A DNA stretch of 41,706 nucleotides from Bacillota bacterium (GCA_023424235.1 JAFAEB010000211.1:1-41706), one strand, 5' to 3'. Shown: positions 12,359 to 23,127, counted from the first letter of the stretch. Numbers and translations are program-made. Notes: generated by a model not told the origin, from the letters alone.

Positions 12359-12697
12359 TTGAAATTGTCAGAATCAATTAAGAGTAATTCTATTTTTAAG
12401 ACAGTGTATCATAGTGGAAGATCCTATGCCAATCTGTATCTCATTATGTATGTATTAAAGAATGGAACTAGTAAAAATCGAATTGGTATTTCTGTAAGTA
12501 AAAAAGTAGGAAATAGTGTTGTAAGGCATAGGGTAACGAGATTAATTCGTGAAAGTTACAGACTAAATGAAGATATGTTTAATAGTGGTTTAGACATAGT
12601 TGTGATTGCTAGAGTAGGTGCAAAAGATAAAGGGTATCAGGAAATAAATAGTGCATTATTGCATTTAGCAAAAATGCATAAAATAATAAAATTTTAA
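12359..12697 (+). CDS. rnpA: Ribonuclease P protein component (probable TTG start 12359)
   Basis: [25 protein letters not shown] motif; synteny. Confidence 0.95.
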   Translation: MKLSESIKSNSIFKTVYHSGRSYANLYLIMYVLKNGTSKNRIGISVSKKVGNSVVRHRVTRLIRESYRLNEDMFNSGLDIVVIARVGAKDKGYQEINSALLHLAKMHKIIKF

Positions 12698-12713
12698 AAG
12701 AGATGATGAAGTC

Positions 12714-12929
12714 GTGATAAAACGAATTTTAATATTTATGCTAAAATTATATAGGAAGTTTATTTCACCTTTAAAGGGGCGTCCTAGTTGTATCTATACG
12801 CCTTCCTGCTCTTTGTATGCAATCCAAGCACTTGAAAAATATGGTATCTTTAAAGGTATGTATTTGGCAGTAAGAAGGATATTAAGATGCCATCCATTTA
12901 GAGAAGGTGGATATGATCCGGTTCCTTAA
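12714..12929 (+). CDS. yidD: Membrane protein insertion efficiency factor YidD
   Basis: [25 protein letters not shown]. Confidence 0.96.
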   Translation: MIKRILIFMLKLYRKFISPLKGRPSCIYTPSCSLYAIQALEKYGIFKGMYLAVRRILRCHPFREGGYDPVP

Positions 12930-12977
12930 GGGAAGGACAGGATGAATGATTAGGGTATCCAAGGAGGAAAAATAGAA

Positions 12978-14246
12978 TTGTTAAATGTAATATTAACACA
13001 AAAAGGTGGTATATTAGGACCAATTGCATCATTATTAGGATGGATATTAAATGCCATTTATGAGTTTTTACAATTATTCAATATTGAAAACGTAGCAATC
13101 GTTATTATATTATTTACGTTTATCGTTAGAGGTTTAATGATTCCTTTAACAATTAAGCAACAAAAGTTTTCCAAGTTATCTGCGAAAATGAACCCTGAAA
13201 TTACGAAAATTAATAATAAATACAAAGGCAAAAAAGATGAAGCTTCTGTAAGAAAAATGCAATTAGAAACTCAAGCAGTTTATCAAAAGTATGGTGCTAG
13301 TCCAACCGCTGGTTGTTTACCATTACTTATTACATTACCAATTATGTTTGCCTTATACCAAGTTATTTATAATATCCCTGCATATGTAAATGACATTAAA
13401 GAACTTTATAGCAATATTGCAATCGCAATCCAAGGAACAAACGGTTATGTTGATATTATGAAGGAATATGCTAGTACTCTTAATGTAAGTATAAAAAACT
13501 TTGAAGAGTTAGAAACTGGCGTACTTACTCTTAATCATACAATCGATATTTTAGCAAAATTTAAATCTAGCCATTGGGCTGAATTAGTAAATCAATTTCC
13601 AGCATTAAAGGATGTTATTACTACAAATTCAGCAGAAATTATGGATGTTAACCGATTCATCGGTGGTTTAAATATTTTAGACAATCCAAGTATTAAGTCT
13701 CCAGCCATATTAATTCCAATACTCGCTGGTGGATTACAATTTATTCAAACAAAGCAAATGACACAATCAAATCCTACTACAGATGATGGTAGTAATCCAA
13801 TGGCACAATCCATGAAAACTATGAATACGGTTATGCCTATTACTTCAATTTTCTTCTGTATTATGCTACCAATCGGTATTGGTTTATATTGGGTTGCAGG
13901 TAGTGTATTTGCAATTATCCAACAATTTGTTATTAATAAATATATGGATAAAATTGACGTTGAAACTTTAATAGAAAAAAATATAGAAAAATCGAAAAAG
14001 AAAAAAATCAAACTCGGAATCGACCCAAATGCTTCTGTAGAAGAACTTGCAAAAAAGAATACGAAGAATATTGAGTCATCAGATGAAAGTACAGATGAAA
14101 AGTCTACATCAAATTATGCAAATTCAGTTAAGAAAAATTATGAACCATCCAACTACAAAAAGAGTGATGTTTCATATAAAGCTGGTAGTATTGCGGCAAA
14201 TGCAAATCTTCTTAAGAACAGGAATAATGATAAGGGGGATAAATAA
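12978..14246 (+). CDS. yidC: YidC/Oxa1 membrane protein insertase
   Basis: GCLPLLITLPI, GIGLYW, multiple hydrophobic segments; synteny. Confidence 0.95.
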   Translation: MLNVILTQKGGILGPIASLLGWILNAIYEFLQLFNIENVAIVIILFTFIVRGLMIPLTIKQQKFSKLSAKMNPEITKINNKYKGKKDEASVRKMQLETQAVYQKYGASPTAGCLPLLITLPIMFALYQVIYNIPAYVNDIKELYSNIAIAIQGTNGYVDIMKEYASTLNVSIKNFEELETGVLTLNHTIDILAKFKSSHWAELVNQFPALKDVITTNSAEIMDVNRFIGGLNILDNPSIKSPAILIPILAGGLQFIQTKQMTQSNPTTDDGSNPMAQSMKTMNTVMPITSIFFCIMLPIGIGLYWVAGSVFAIIQQFVINKYMDKIDVETLIEKNIEKSKKKKIKLGIDPNASVEELAKKNTKNIESSDESTDEKSTSNYANSVKKNYEPSNYKKSDVSYKAGSIAANANLLKNRNNDKGDK

Positions 14247-14248
14247 GA

Positions 14249-14986
14249 ATGGAATGGTTAGAAATTACTGCTAAAACAGTGGATGAAGCCTTAACGGAAG
14301 CTTTAATTAAACTAGAAACAGCTAGTGATAATATAGAATATGAAGTTATCGAGAAGGAAAGTAGTGGTTTTTTAGGATTATTCAATAATAAGCCTGCTAG
14401 AATACGAGTTAGACTAAAATTTAATGTTGTAAACTTAGCAAAAGACTTTTTAGAAAAAGTATTTAAAGCTATGAACGTTGAAGCTAAAGTTCTAGTTGTG
14501 TACGACGAAGAAAATGCCACTGTTGATATTAATGTAGTAGGAGATGATATGGGCGTTCTTATTGGAAAACGAGGACAAACATTAGATTCCCTACAATATT
14601 TAGTAAGCCTTATCTTAAATAAAGAAAGTGAAGGGTATCTAAAAGTTAAGTTAGATACTGAAAATTACCGTGAAAGAAGAAAAGAAACATTAGAAAACCT
14701 AGGTAGAAACATCGCTTTCAAAGTAAAAAGAACAAAAAAACCAGTATCCCTTGAACCTATGAATCCTTATGAAAGAAGAATAATACATTCTGCATTACAA
14801 AATGACAAGTTTGTAGAGACTCATAGTGAAGGTGAAGAACCTTATAGAAGAGTTGTAGTTACTCTAAAGAAGAGCGCTCAAAATAGGGACCATAAATATA
14901 ATAAAAACTATAATCAAAGAAAAGATTATAACGGAAATTATAATAGAAACAAAGAACAAAATCGTAAGCAAGTTAACGAAGAATAA
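14249..14986 (+). CDS. jag: Jag/EloR/KhpB RNA-binding protein (Jag_N, KH, R3H)
   Basis: LIGKRGQTLDSLQYL, ERRIIH, SEGEEPYRRV. Confidence 0.96.
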   Translation: MEWLEITAKTVDEALTEALIKLETASDNIEYEVIEKESSGFLGLFNNKPARIRVRLKFNVVNLAKDFLEKVFKAMNVEAKVLVVYDEENATVDINVVGDDMGVLIGKRGQTLDSLQYLVSLILNKESEGYLKVKLDTENYRERRKETLENLGRNIAFKVKRTKKPVSLEPMNPYERRIIHSALQNDKFVETHSEGEEPYRRVVVTLKKSAQNRDHKYNKNYNQRKDYNGNYNRNKEQNRKQVNEE

Positions 14987-14991
14987 GATAG

Positions 14992-15028
14992 AGGGTGTAT
15001 TGAAGATCTGCTTTAATACACCCTTTTT
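14992..15028 (+). terminator. Intrinsic terminator after jag
   Basis: AGGGTGTATTGAAG / CTTTAATACACCCT stem followed by T-run. Confidence 0.8.
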
Positions 15029-15146
15029 AAAACTTTATTAAATTGATGAAATTAAATGACATACAATTAATTAAGAATCCAATGTATTAATTAGGAAATA
15101 AATAAATTAATTACTTGTTTAAAGATAGAAAGGCATGTGTTGTTTT

Positions 15147-16523
15147 ATGAAAACAGATACAATTGCAGCGATCGCCACAGCAGTAAGTAATCAAGGAATA
15201 AGTATAATACGTATTAGTGGTGATGAAGCATTTCATATTATAGATAAAATATATAAACCTAAGAGTGGAAATAAGCTATTATCGAAGGTAGAGAGTCATA
15301 CCATACACTATGGCTATATTGTAGATAAGGATGAAATAATAGATGAAGTTATGGTTCTTTTAATGAGAGGACCTAAAAGCTATACAAGAGAAGATGTAAT
15401 TGAGATCGACTGTCATGGTGGCATCGTAGTTACGAAAAAGATATTAGAAGTGGTATTAAAGGCAGGAGCTAGAATAGCAGAGCCTGGTGAATTTACAAAG
15501 AGAGCCTTTTTAAATGGTAGAATTGACTTATCACAAGCAGAAGCGATTGGTGATATTATTCATGCTAAGAATGAATATGCATTAAAAAATTCACTAAATC
15601 AGTTACGTGGTAATGTATTAGATAAGATTATTGATATAAGAGCAAAAGTAATCCATGATATCGCTCATATTGAAGCAGCCCTTGACGATCCAGAACATAT
15701 GGATTTTAGTGAATTCAGTGATGAAGTAGATTTAAATCTTAACAATAATATTAAAGAGTTAAAGAAATTATTAAAGTCTGCTAATAATGGAAGGTTAATA
15801 AAAGAAGGGATTAAGACAGTTATTCTTGGTAAACCCAATGCAGGCAAATCTTCCTTATTAAATATACTTGTTGGTAGTGACAGAGCAATTGTAACAGATA
15901 TTGCTGGAACAACTCGTGATACATTAGAAGAGACAATAACAATTGGTGGAGTTTGCCTTAATATAATTGACACAGCAGGTATTAGAGATACGGAAGATAT
16001 CATAGAAAAAATCGGTATCGACAAAGCTAGAAAGTCAGCTGATGAAGCAGATCTTGTAATTTATGTAGTTGATAGTACAAAAGAACTTGATGAAAATGAT
16101 TCATTAATTATGGAAATGATCAAAGATAAAACTTCAGTTGTATTACGTAATAAAATTGATTTAGATACAATTATTGATGAAGAAGTTCTTTACAAAAGTA
16201 CTGGAAAAGATGTAATATCAATATCAGCAAAAGAAAATACCGGAATTGAAAAATTAGAGGAGTGGATCTTAAAGAACTTCTTTGAAGGTAAGATCTCTTT
16301 GCAGGATGAAATATACATTACAAATATTAGACATAAAGAAGCCCTAATGGAAAGTATTAAGAGCTTAGAGATGGTTAAAGAGAGTATGGAATCAGGTTTA
16401 CCGGAAGATTTCTATTCGATTGATCTTATGAATGCTTATGAAGTACTAGGAAAAATTATAGGTGAAGCAGTTGATGAAGATCTCGTAAATACTATCTTTA
16501 GAGAATTCTGTATGGGTAAATAG
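15147..16523 (+). CDS. mnmE: tRNA modification GTPase MnmE (start 15147, alternatively 15135)
   Basis: DTIAAIAT, GEFTKRAFLNG, GKPNAGKSS, DTAG, NKID, terminal FCMGK. Confidence 0.98.
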   Translation: MKTDTIAAIATAVSNQGISIIRISGDEAFHIIDKIYKPKSGNKLLSKVESHTIHYGYIVDKDEIIDEVMVLLMRGPKSYTREDVIEIDCHGGIVVTKKILEVVLKAGARIAEPGEFTKRAFLNGRIDLSQAEAIGDIIHAKNEYALKNSLNQLRGNVLDKIIDIRAKVIHDIAHIEAALDDPEHMDFSEFSDEVDLNLNNNIKELKKLLKSANNGRLIKEGIKTVILGKPNAGKSSLLNILVGSDRAIVTDIAGTTRDTLEETITIGGVCLNIIDTAGIRDTEDIIEKIGIDKARKSADEADLVIYVVDSTKELDENDSLIMEMIKDKTSVVLRNKIDLDTIIDEEVLYKSTGKDVISISAKENTGIEKLEEWILKNFFEGKISLQDEIYITNIRHKEALMESIKSLEMVKESMESGLPEDFYSIDLMNAYEVLGKIIGEAVDEDLVNTIFREFCMGK

Positions 16524-16543
16524 TTAGAAAGGTTTGGTGTTAA

Positions 16544-18430
16544 ATGTCATATATTTATGAATCATATGATATCGTAGTAGTCGGCGCGGGACATGCTGGT
16601 TGTGAAGCAGCACTTGCATGCGCAAGACTAGGTTTAAATACTTTAATGGTTACAATTAGTATGGATAGTATTGCTCTTATGCCTTGTAATCCGAATATAG
16701 GTGGAACATCCAAAGGTCACTTAGTGCGTGAGTTAGATGCACTTGGTGGTGAAATGGGTAAAAATATAGATAAAACATATATACAATCAAAAATGTTAAA
16801 TATATCCAAGGGACCAGCAGTTCATTCACTTCGTGCTCAAGCGGATAAGCTTGATTACAGTAAAAGAATGAAAACTGTATTAGAAAATACAGATAACTTA
16901 ACTCTTAAACAAGCTGAGATCGTTGATATTCTAACGGAAGATGGAAAAGTATCAGGTGTTAAGACTTATTCTGATGCAATATTTCCATGTAAAGCAGTTG
17001 TATTATGTACAGGAACTTATCTGAATGCTAGATGTATTTATGGTGAGGTAAGTACTTATACTGGACCGAATGGTTTATTATCATCTAAATTTTTAACTGA
17101 TAATTTAAAGAGATTGGGAATCGAATTTTTTAGATTTAAAACAGGAACACCTGCTCGAATCGATAAGAGATCCATTGACTTTAGTAAAATGGAAGAACAA
17201 AAAGGTGACGAAGAGATCGTACCATTCTCATTTTCTAATACTGCTGATGGCATTAAGATCGATCAAATATCATGTTGGTTAACTTATACCAATGAGAAAA
17301 CACATGAAATTATACGTGAAAATATTCATAGATCTCCAATGTTTTCAGGAGAAATTAATGGTACTGGTGTAAGATATTGTCCATCGATTGAAGATAAGGT
17401 AGTACGTTTTGCAGATAAAGATAGACATCAAGTATTTATTGAGCCAGAAGGAAATGGAACAAATGAAATGTACATCGGCGGTATGTCTAGTTCCTTACCA
17501 GAAGATGTACAATATCAAATGTACCGTAGTGTAGCTGGTCTTGAAAATGCTAAGATCGTACGTAATGCTTATGCAATCGAGTATGATTGTATTAATCCAA
17601 ATCAATTAAAACCATCCTTAGAATTTAAAGCGGTGGAAGGTCTATTTAGTGGTGGACAATTTAATGGTAGTAGTGGTTATGAGGAAGCTGCAGTACAAGG
17701 TTTAATGGCTGGTATTAATGCAAGTATGAAGTTATTAGGAAAAGCTCCAGTGATCCTAGATCGTTCAGATGCATATATTGGAGTTTTAATCGATGATCTT
17801 GTAACCAAAGAAACAAAAGAGCCATATCGAATGATGACATCAAGAGCAGAATATCGTTTATTATTAAGACAAGATAATGCAGATCTTAGATTGACTAAGA
17901 TTGGTTATGAAATAGGATTAGTAAGTAAAGAACGATATGAGAAGATCTTAGAAAAAGAAGAATTAATAGCAAAAGAAATTGAACGTTTACAAAGTACAAA
18001 CATAGGAGCTACAAGTGAAGTTCAGGCCTTATTAAGACAACATGAAAGCAATGAATTAAAGACTGGAACAACATTAGCTGAGTTAATTAAACGTCCTGAA
18101 CTTAGTTATGAAGTACTTGAATCAATTGATAAAAATAGAAAAGCGCTAGCTAGAGATATTATTGAACAAGTTAATATTAATATTAAGTATGATGGTTATA
18201 TTGTAAGACAAAAGAGACAGGTAGAACAATTTAGAAAGCTAGAAGGAAAATTAATTCCTGAAAATTTTGATTATAACCAGGTAACAAGTCTTAAGGTAGA
18301 AGCAAAACAAAAATTAAATCAAGTAAAACCGGTGTCTGTAGGACAAGCATCTAGAATTGCTGGAGTTAGTCCAGCAGATATATCCGTATTATTAGTTCAT
18401 TTAGAACATATGAAACATAAGAAAGAGTAA
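16544..18430 (+). CDS. mnmG: tRNA uridine modification enzyme MnmG (GidA)
   Basis: [41 protein letters not shown]. Confidence 0.99.
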   Translation: MSYIYESYDIVVVGAGHAGCEAALACARLGLNTLMVTISMDSIALMPCNPNIGGTSKGHLVRELDALGGEMGKNIDKTYIQSKMLNISKGPAVHSLRAQADKLDYSKRMKTVLENTDNLTLKQAEIVDILTEDGKVSGVKTYSDAIFPCKAVVLCTGTYLNARCIYGEVSTYTGPNGLLSSKFLTDNLKRLGIEFFRFKTGTPARIDKRSIDFSKMEEQKGDEEIVPFSFSNTADGIKIDQISCWLTYTNEKTHEIIRENIHRSPMFSGEINGTGVRYCPSIEDKVVRFADKDRHQVFIEPEGNGTNEMYIGGMSSSLPEDVQYQMYRSVAGLENAKIVRNAYAIEYDCINPNQLKPSLEFKAVEGLFSGGQFNGSSGYEEAAVQGLMAGINASMKLLGKAPVILDRSDAYIGVLIDDLVTKETKEPYRMMTSRAEYRLLLRQDNADLRLTKIGYEIGLVSKERYEKILEKEELIAKEIERLQSTNIGATSEVQALLRQHESNELKTGTTLAELIKRPELSYEVLESIDKNRKALARDIIEQVNINIKYDGYIVRQKRQVEQFRKLEGKLIPENFDYNQVTSLKVEAKQKLNQVKPVSVGQASRIAGVSPADISVLLVHLEHMKHKKE

Positions 18431-18439
18431 GAGGTTTAT

Positions 18440-19159
18440 ATGAATAACAATACAATTTTTACCGATCTATTAAAAGAATGCGATATAAGTTTAACTGATA
18501 GACAACTAGAACAATTTAATAAATATTATGAGATGCTTATAGAACGAAATAAGGTAATGAACTTAACAGCAATTACTGAATATAGTGACGTAGTGATAAA
18601 GCATTTTATAGATAGTCTCTCACTTAAAAGAGTAATGGATCTTGATCAAGATTTAAGCTTAATAGATATGGGAACAGGTGCTGGATTTCCTGGAATACCA
18701 CTAAAAATAGCATTTCCTAGATTAAATATTGTATTGTTAGATTCACTTAATAAGCGTGTGGGTTTCTTAAATGATGTAATCAAGGAATTGGAATTAAACG
18801 GAATTAAAGCAATTCATGGTAGGGCGGAAGATTATGGAAAAGATCCAGCTTATCGTGAAAACTTTGATCTCTGTGTATCTAGAGCTGTTGCAAGGTTATC
18901 TTCTTTAGCAGAATACTGTATACCTTATGTAAAAGAAGGGGGACATTTTGTCCCTTATAAAGCAGGTAATATGGAGGAAGAATTACAAGAGTCTAGTAAG
19001 GCAATTCATGTTCTTGGAGGAAAACTTATAAAAACTGAAAGTTTTATACTACCTGAAAGTGATATTGAACGTACTTTAATTCTTATTAAAAAAGAAAGAA
19101 AAACACCAAAAGCTTATCCAAGAAGTGCTGGTAAACCAACAAAAGAACCAATTAAATAG
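18440..19159 (+). CDS. rsmG: 16S rRNA m7G527 methyltransferase RsmG (GidB)
   Basis: MNLTAI, HFIDSL, DMGTGAGFPGIPL, SRAVA. Confidence 0.98.
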   Translation: MNNNTIFTDLLKECDISLTDRQLEQFNKYYEMLIERNKVMNLTAITEYSDVVIKHFIDSLSLKRVMDLDQDLSLIDMGTGAGFPGIPLKIAFPRLNIVLLDSLNKRVGFLNDVIKELELNGIKAIHGRAEDYGKDPAYRENFDLCVSRAVARLSSLAEYCIPYVKEGGHFVPYKAGNMEEELQESSKAIHVLGGKLIKTESFILPESDIERTLILIKKERKTPKAYPRSAGKPTKEPIK

Positions 19160-19213
19160 TTTTTTATGAAATATAAAATACGTATTTAAAAATTCTTATA
19201 AATATGCAAAGTT

Positions 19214-19309
19214 AAGGGGTTGTAGCAAAACAGAAGTACTAAATCATTTAGAGCGAAAGTCAAATATTTGTATCTATTGATTGTAATATCTGTGATGTAA
19301 CAATCCCTT
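19214..19309. repeat. Imperfect terminal inverted repeats around a ~55-bp interior (MITE-like or long hairpin)
   Basis: AAGGGGTTGTAGCAAAACAG (19214-19233) versus reverse complement of 19290-19309, 15/20 identical. Confidence 0.5.
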
Positions 19310-19401
19310 CTCTGTTATGTAATTTAGATATTAATTACAATTCAATTGTAATAGGTAATAGTGATATTATATTTATTAAATAAACATAATGAGGGAATAA
19401 T

Positions 19402-19857
19402 ATGCCAATTCAAGGAAAGTATCTATATTTTAAAGATGATTTGAGTTCAGTATTTGAAATAAGAAATAAAGTATTTAATTATAATAATGAAAAAGATTAT
19501 TCAGATAGGGATGGGCTTGATAATGAAGCAATCCATGTAATTGTATATTCTATGGATGAAAATAGACCTGTAGCAACTGGTCGAATAAACTATGATGGGA
19601 ATAAATATACAATAAGTAAAGTGGCAGTTTTAGAAGAAGAGAGGCATAAATACTATGGTGATTTCGCAGTACGTATGCTCGCTACAAAAGGATTTATGGC
19701 AGGTGGAGATGTAATATATTTAGATACACTAGCTGAATATACTGTATTTTTTGAAAAGATCGGTTTCATAGTAAATAATGACTATAAAGAAAATTCAAAA
19801 TTAGTATCAATGAAACTATCTTCCGGAAGTATATGTAAAAAATGTAATAATATTTAA
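19402..19857 (+). CDS. GNAT family N-acetyltransferase (ElaA/YjcF-like)
   Basis: IRNKVF, PVATGRI, ISKVAVLEEERHKYYG, FFEKIGF; GAGGG RBS. Confidence 0.8.
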   Translation: MPIQGKYLYFKDDLSSVFEIRNKVFNYNNEKDYSDRDGLDNEAIHVIVYSMDENRPVATGRINYDGNKYTISKVAVLEEERHKYYGDFAVRMLATKGFMAGGDVIYLDTLAEYTVFFEKIGFIVNNDYKENSKLVSMKLSSGSICKKCNNI

Positions 19858-19916
19858 TTTTAGCTTTATTTTATGCGCGAAATATGTTATATTAAGAGAT
19901 AAATAGGAGAATAAAC

Positions 19917-20984
19917 ATGATTAATAGGGAAGAATTTAATAAAGTGTTTCATAATATTTATGAGTCTCTTGATTTTCTCTTAGATGATAAGGCGAATATT
20001 TTGTTAGAGATTAATGAGATCAACAATTCTATTAAAATATTAGAATGCAAATTAAATGAGATGAAAGAAAAAATTAATCTTGTAAAGAATGAGGGAACAA
20101 ACGAAGATTTATTCTCTCCTAATGCAAATATAAAAAAAGGTAATATGTTAAAAGAGTTACAAGCTGAAAAAAAGAAATATCAAGAAACTCTTAAGTATTA
20201 TCAATCAGAAGTTAAGTCAAAAGAAGAACGATTCGTTCATATTGAAAAATTACTTAATAATCTAGAGCAAATTAAATCATATGATGTAGATCAAGAACAT
20301 GATGATAATAAAACAGAATATGGAATAAAAATTCTTGAAACACAAGAAAGTGAACGAAAGAGAATAGCTAGGGATCTTCACGATTCAACAGTTCAAAATT
20401 TGACTAACATGATGCATAAAACCGAGTTATGCACAAAATTGATTAATCTTGATCCAGTTAGAGCAAAATTAGAATTACAAGTTATGATTAATACAATCAA
20501 ATCAACAATAAAAGATATGAGAAGTATTATTTATGATTTAAGACCAATGTCTTTAGATGATCTTGGTTTAGTTGCGACTATTCAAAAATATATAAGAGAA
20601 ATTAGGATAAATCATGAAATTGATATAGTCTTAGATGTCATACATCAAGAAGTTAATGTATTGTCTGTAATTAATTTAACTTTATTTCGAATTGTACAAG
20701 AAGCAACGAATAATGCTATTAAACACGGTAAAGCAAATAAAATAATTATCCATTTAGAATACACCAATGGATATATTTATTTGACGATAGAGGATAATGG
20801 AATAGGGTTTAACCATAATGGTAATATAGAACCAAAGAGTGATATTTTTTCCGGATATGGTTTACCTATGATGAAGGAAAGAGTAATATTATTATCTGGT
20901 GAATTAAAAATTGTATCCATGGCGAATGAGGGAACAAAAATTTTCGTTAAGGTGCCACAAAGAACATATAAGGAGGACATATAA
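19917..20984 (+). CDS. Cytoplasmic sensor histidine kinase, HisKA_3/DegS-like
   Basis: ERKRIARDLHD H-box, LRPMSLDDLGL, QEATNNAIKHG, DNGIGF, GYGL; N-terminal coiled coil, no TM segment. Confidence 0.9.
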   Translation: MINREEFNKVFHNIYESLDFLLDDKANILLEINEINNSIKILECKLNEMKEKINLVKNEGTNEDLFSPNANIKKGNMLKELQAEKKKYQETLKYYQSEVKSKEERFVHIEKLLNNLEQIKSYDVDQEHDDNKTEYGIKILETQESERKRIARDLHDSTVQNLTNMMHKTELCTKLINLDPVRAKLELQVMINTIKSTIKDMRSIIYDLRPMSLDDLGLVATIQKYIREIRINHEIDIVLDVIHQEVNVLSVINLTLFRIVQEATNNAIKHGKANKIIIHLEYTNGYIYLTIEDNGIGFNHNGNIEPKSDIFSGYGLPMMKERVILLSGELKIVSMANEGTKIFVKVPQRTYKEDI

Positions 20985-21631
20985 TGGAACCGATTAAGAT
21001 TATGATAGCGGATGATCATTGTATGGTTAGAGAGGGGCTTAAACAGTTACTTGAATTAGACGGAGATATCCAAGTTGTTGGTGAAGCTGGTGATGGATTA
21101 TCCTGTTTAAAGATGATGGAAGAACTTAGACCGGATGTAACACTATTAGATATCAATATGCCACAAATGAATGGATTAAAAGTATTAGAAGCTGTTCGTG
21201 GTAACAAAGGGAATGAAAATAAAATTATTATTCTAACAATTCATAATGAAATAGAGTATTTAATGAGAGCTGTAGATAATGATGTTGATGGTTATGTATT
21301 AAAAGACTCTGATTCAGAGATCTTAAGAAAGGCTATTTTTTCAGTACATAATGGCGAAAAGTATTATCAAAGTGAACTAGTTCCTTTGATGAAAGAAAAA
21401 GTTGAAAATAGAAAGTACGATGATAAAGATGAAGTATTAACGAAGCGTGAGATGGAAGTTCTTAGATTATTAACAGAAGGACTATTTAACAAAGAAATCG
21501 CTTATCAATTATCTATCAGTGAAAAAACTGTAAAAAATCACGTATCAAATATATTCAAAAAAATATCCGTATCTGATCGTACTCAAGCAGCTGTATATGC
21601 AATTAAGAATAATATAGTTGAACTTCATTAA
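20984..21631 (+). CDS. NarL/DegU-family response regulator
   Basis: ADDH, LLDINMP receiver, LuxR HTH (ISEKTVKNHVSNIFKK); 1-nt overlap with kinase stop. Confidence 0.93.
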   Translation: MEPIKIMIADDHCMVREGLKQLLELDGDIQVVGEAGDGLSCLKMMEELRPDVTLLDINMPQMNGLKVLEAVRGNKGNENKIIILTIHNEIEYLMRAVDNDVDGYVLKDSDSEILRKAIFSVHNGEKYYQSELVPLMKEKVENRKYDDKDEVLTKREMEVLRLLTEGLFNKEIAYQLSISEKTVKNHVSNIFKKISVSDRTQAAVYAIKNNIVELH

Positions 21632-21665
21632 TAGAGTAGAAATCTCTAGAATTAAAAAAGTATGG

Positions 21666-21822
21666 ATATAAGATAAAGAAAATTATATAAGATAAAGACT
21701 AATATAATAAAATAAAGAAGATATATAATATAAAGATAAAAATATAAGATAAAGAAGATATATAATATAAAGATAAATATATAAGATAAAGAAGATATAT
21801 AATATAAAGACAATTATATAAA
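21666..21822. repeat. Low-complexity purine-rich tandem repeat, ~38-bp unit
   Basis: ATAAAGAAGATATATAATATAAAGA three times plus degenerate TATAAGATAAAGA copies. Confidence 0.8.
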
Positions 21823-21835
21823 AGTTAAAAAGTAA

Positions 21836-21851
21836 TGTTTCACGTGAAACA
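21836..21851. promoter_or_regulatory. parS: parS site 1
   Basis: Perfect TGTTTCACGTGAAACA inside a 34-bp palindrome. Confidence 0.95.
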
Positions 21852-21912
21852 TTACTTTTTTATTATATCAGTGGATTAAAAAATGCATATAATTAAAATA
21901 GGAGGTTGAGTT

Positions 21913-22524
21913 ATGACAAAAGGAAACAAGTTATTATCTATAAGTTTAATATTATTAGTATTGTTTTCTTTCGTGGGATGCAAACGACAAAGCTATATAG
22001 CTGACTTTGAAACATTCTACAGTATGAATTCTGTAGTGGAATCAGCCACACTAATTATTCAAGGAAAAGTTAAAGATGTTAAAACGAATCAGGCAATTGT
22101 AGTTGGAAAATCAACTGGAGCGTCTCATAAATATACTGTATCAGATGTTGAAATTTTAGAAGTGATCTATGGGGATGCTAAAGTAGGAGACATAGTTCAA
22201 GTGAAACAGTTAGAAAATGAACAGACTACGGAAGCCGCTGGATATTTAGAAAACGGACAGAATACAGTTTTATTTTTGGTTACTTACCAATCTACACCTG
22301 CTTCATTGATTAACCCGACTCAAGGAAAAATGATTTTTGATGAAAACCAAAATTTAATTATAGATGATAACTTGTTAACCATTCTAGTGGATAATACGGA
22401 GAATAGTAAACAGTTAAGTGCTAAGGATAACAGCATAGAAGAAGAGAATTATGATTATGAAAGTGTAGTTGGAATTATTAAAAAATCTTTAAATGATGTA
22501 AAACAAGAAAAAGAAATGGACTAG
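21913..22524 (+). CDS. Uncharacterised lipoprotein
   Basis: GGAGG RBS; basic N-terminus, hydrophobic core, lipobox FVGC (Cys23). Confidence 0.8.
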   Translation: MTKGNKLLSISLILLVLFSFVGCKRQSYIADFETFYSMNSVVESATLIIQGKVKDVKTNQAIVVGKSTGASHKYTVSDVEILEVIYGDAKVGDIVQVKQLENEQTTEAAGYLENGQNTVLFLVTYQSTPASLINPTQGKMIFDENQNLIIDDNLLTILVDNTENSKQLSAKDNSIEEENYDYESVVGIIKKSLNDVKQEKEMD

Positions 22525-22590
22525 GTAACCTAAATAAAATTAGATAATTCTATTAATGAATGAAAATATTTTTTAGAAGTAAATATTAAG

Positions 22591-22625
22591 TTGGGCTTGT
22601 ATCATTAAATACAAGCCTAATTTTT
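22591..22625 (+). terminator. Intrinsic terminator after the lipoprotein gene
   Basis: TTGGGCTTGTAT / ATACAAGCCTAA followed by TTTTT. Confidence 0.75.
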
Positions 22626-22785
22626 ATTTATATAGAATATCAATAAGTATCATTTAGAAAAGTGAATATAGTATCGAAAGTAAAGAATTGTATTAAGTAG
22701 TAATATTCAATTAGATAAAATTTAAGTAATTATATCTTTGAATAAAGTAAAGTGAAGTAAAGCAATTGATATAGAGAAAAAATAA

Positions 22786-22801
22786 TGTTTCACGTGAAAC
22801 A
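22786..22801. promoter_or_regulatory. parS: parS site 2
   Basis: Perfect TGTTTCACGTGAAACA. Confidence 0.95.
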
Positions 22802-22976
22802 ATTTATATTCAATAAGAACTAAGACCTAAAATTAGTAGATAAGTATTTATGTAAGTAATAAATGTGCAGTGAAATGGTGAATGATACGATACTATAATT
22901 GAATTACTTATATAAAATTTATTACACAATAACTAATACATTATTACATGACAATATACAGATTATTCTATAACAA

Positions 22977-22992
22977 TGTTTCACGTGAAACA
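22977..22992. promoter_or_regulatory. parS: parS site 3
   Basis: Perfect TGTTTCACGTGAAACA. Confidence 0.95.
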
Positions 22993-23127
22993 TTTTGTTT
23001 TCATTAAGAACTAAGACCTAAAATAAGTAAATAGGTACTTATGTTATCAATGTTTATTGATGGTGAATGATACGATATCTATAATTGAAATGATTATAGA
23101 TAGATAATATACATGTTCAAAAGATAA

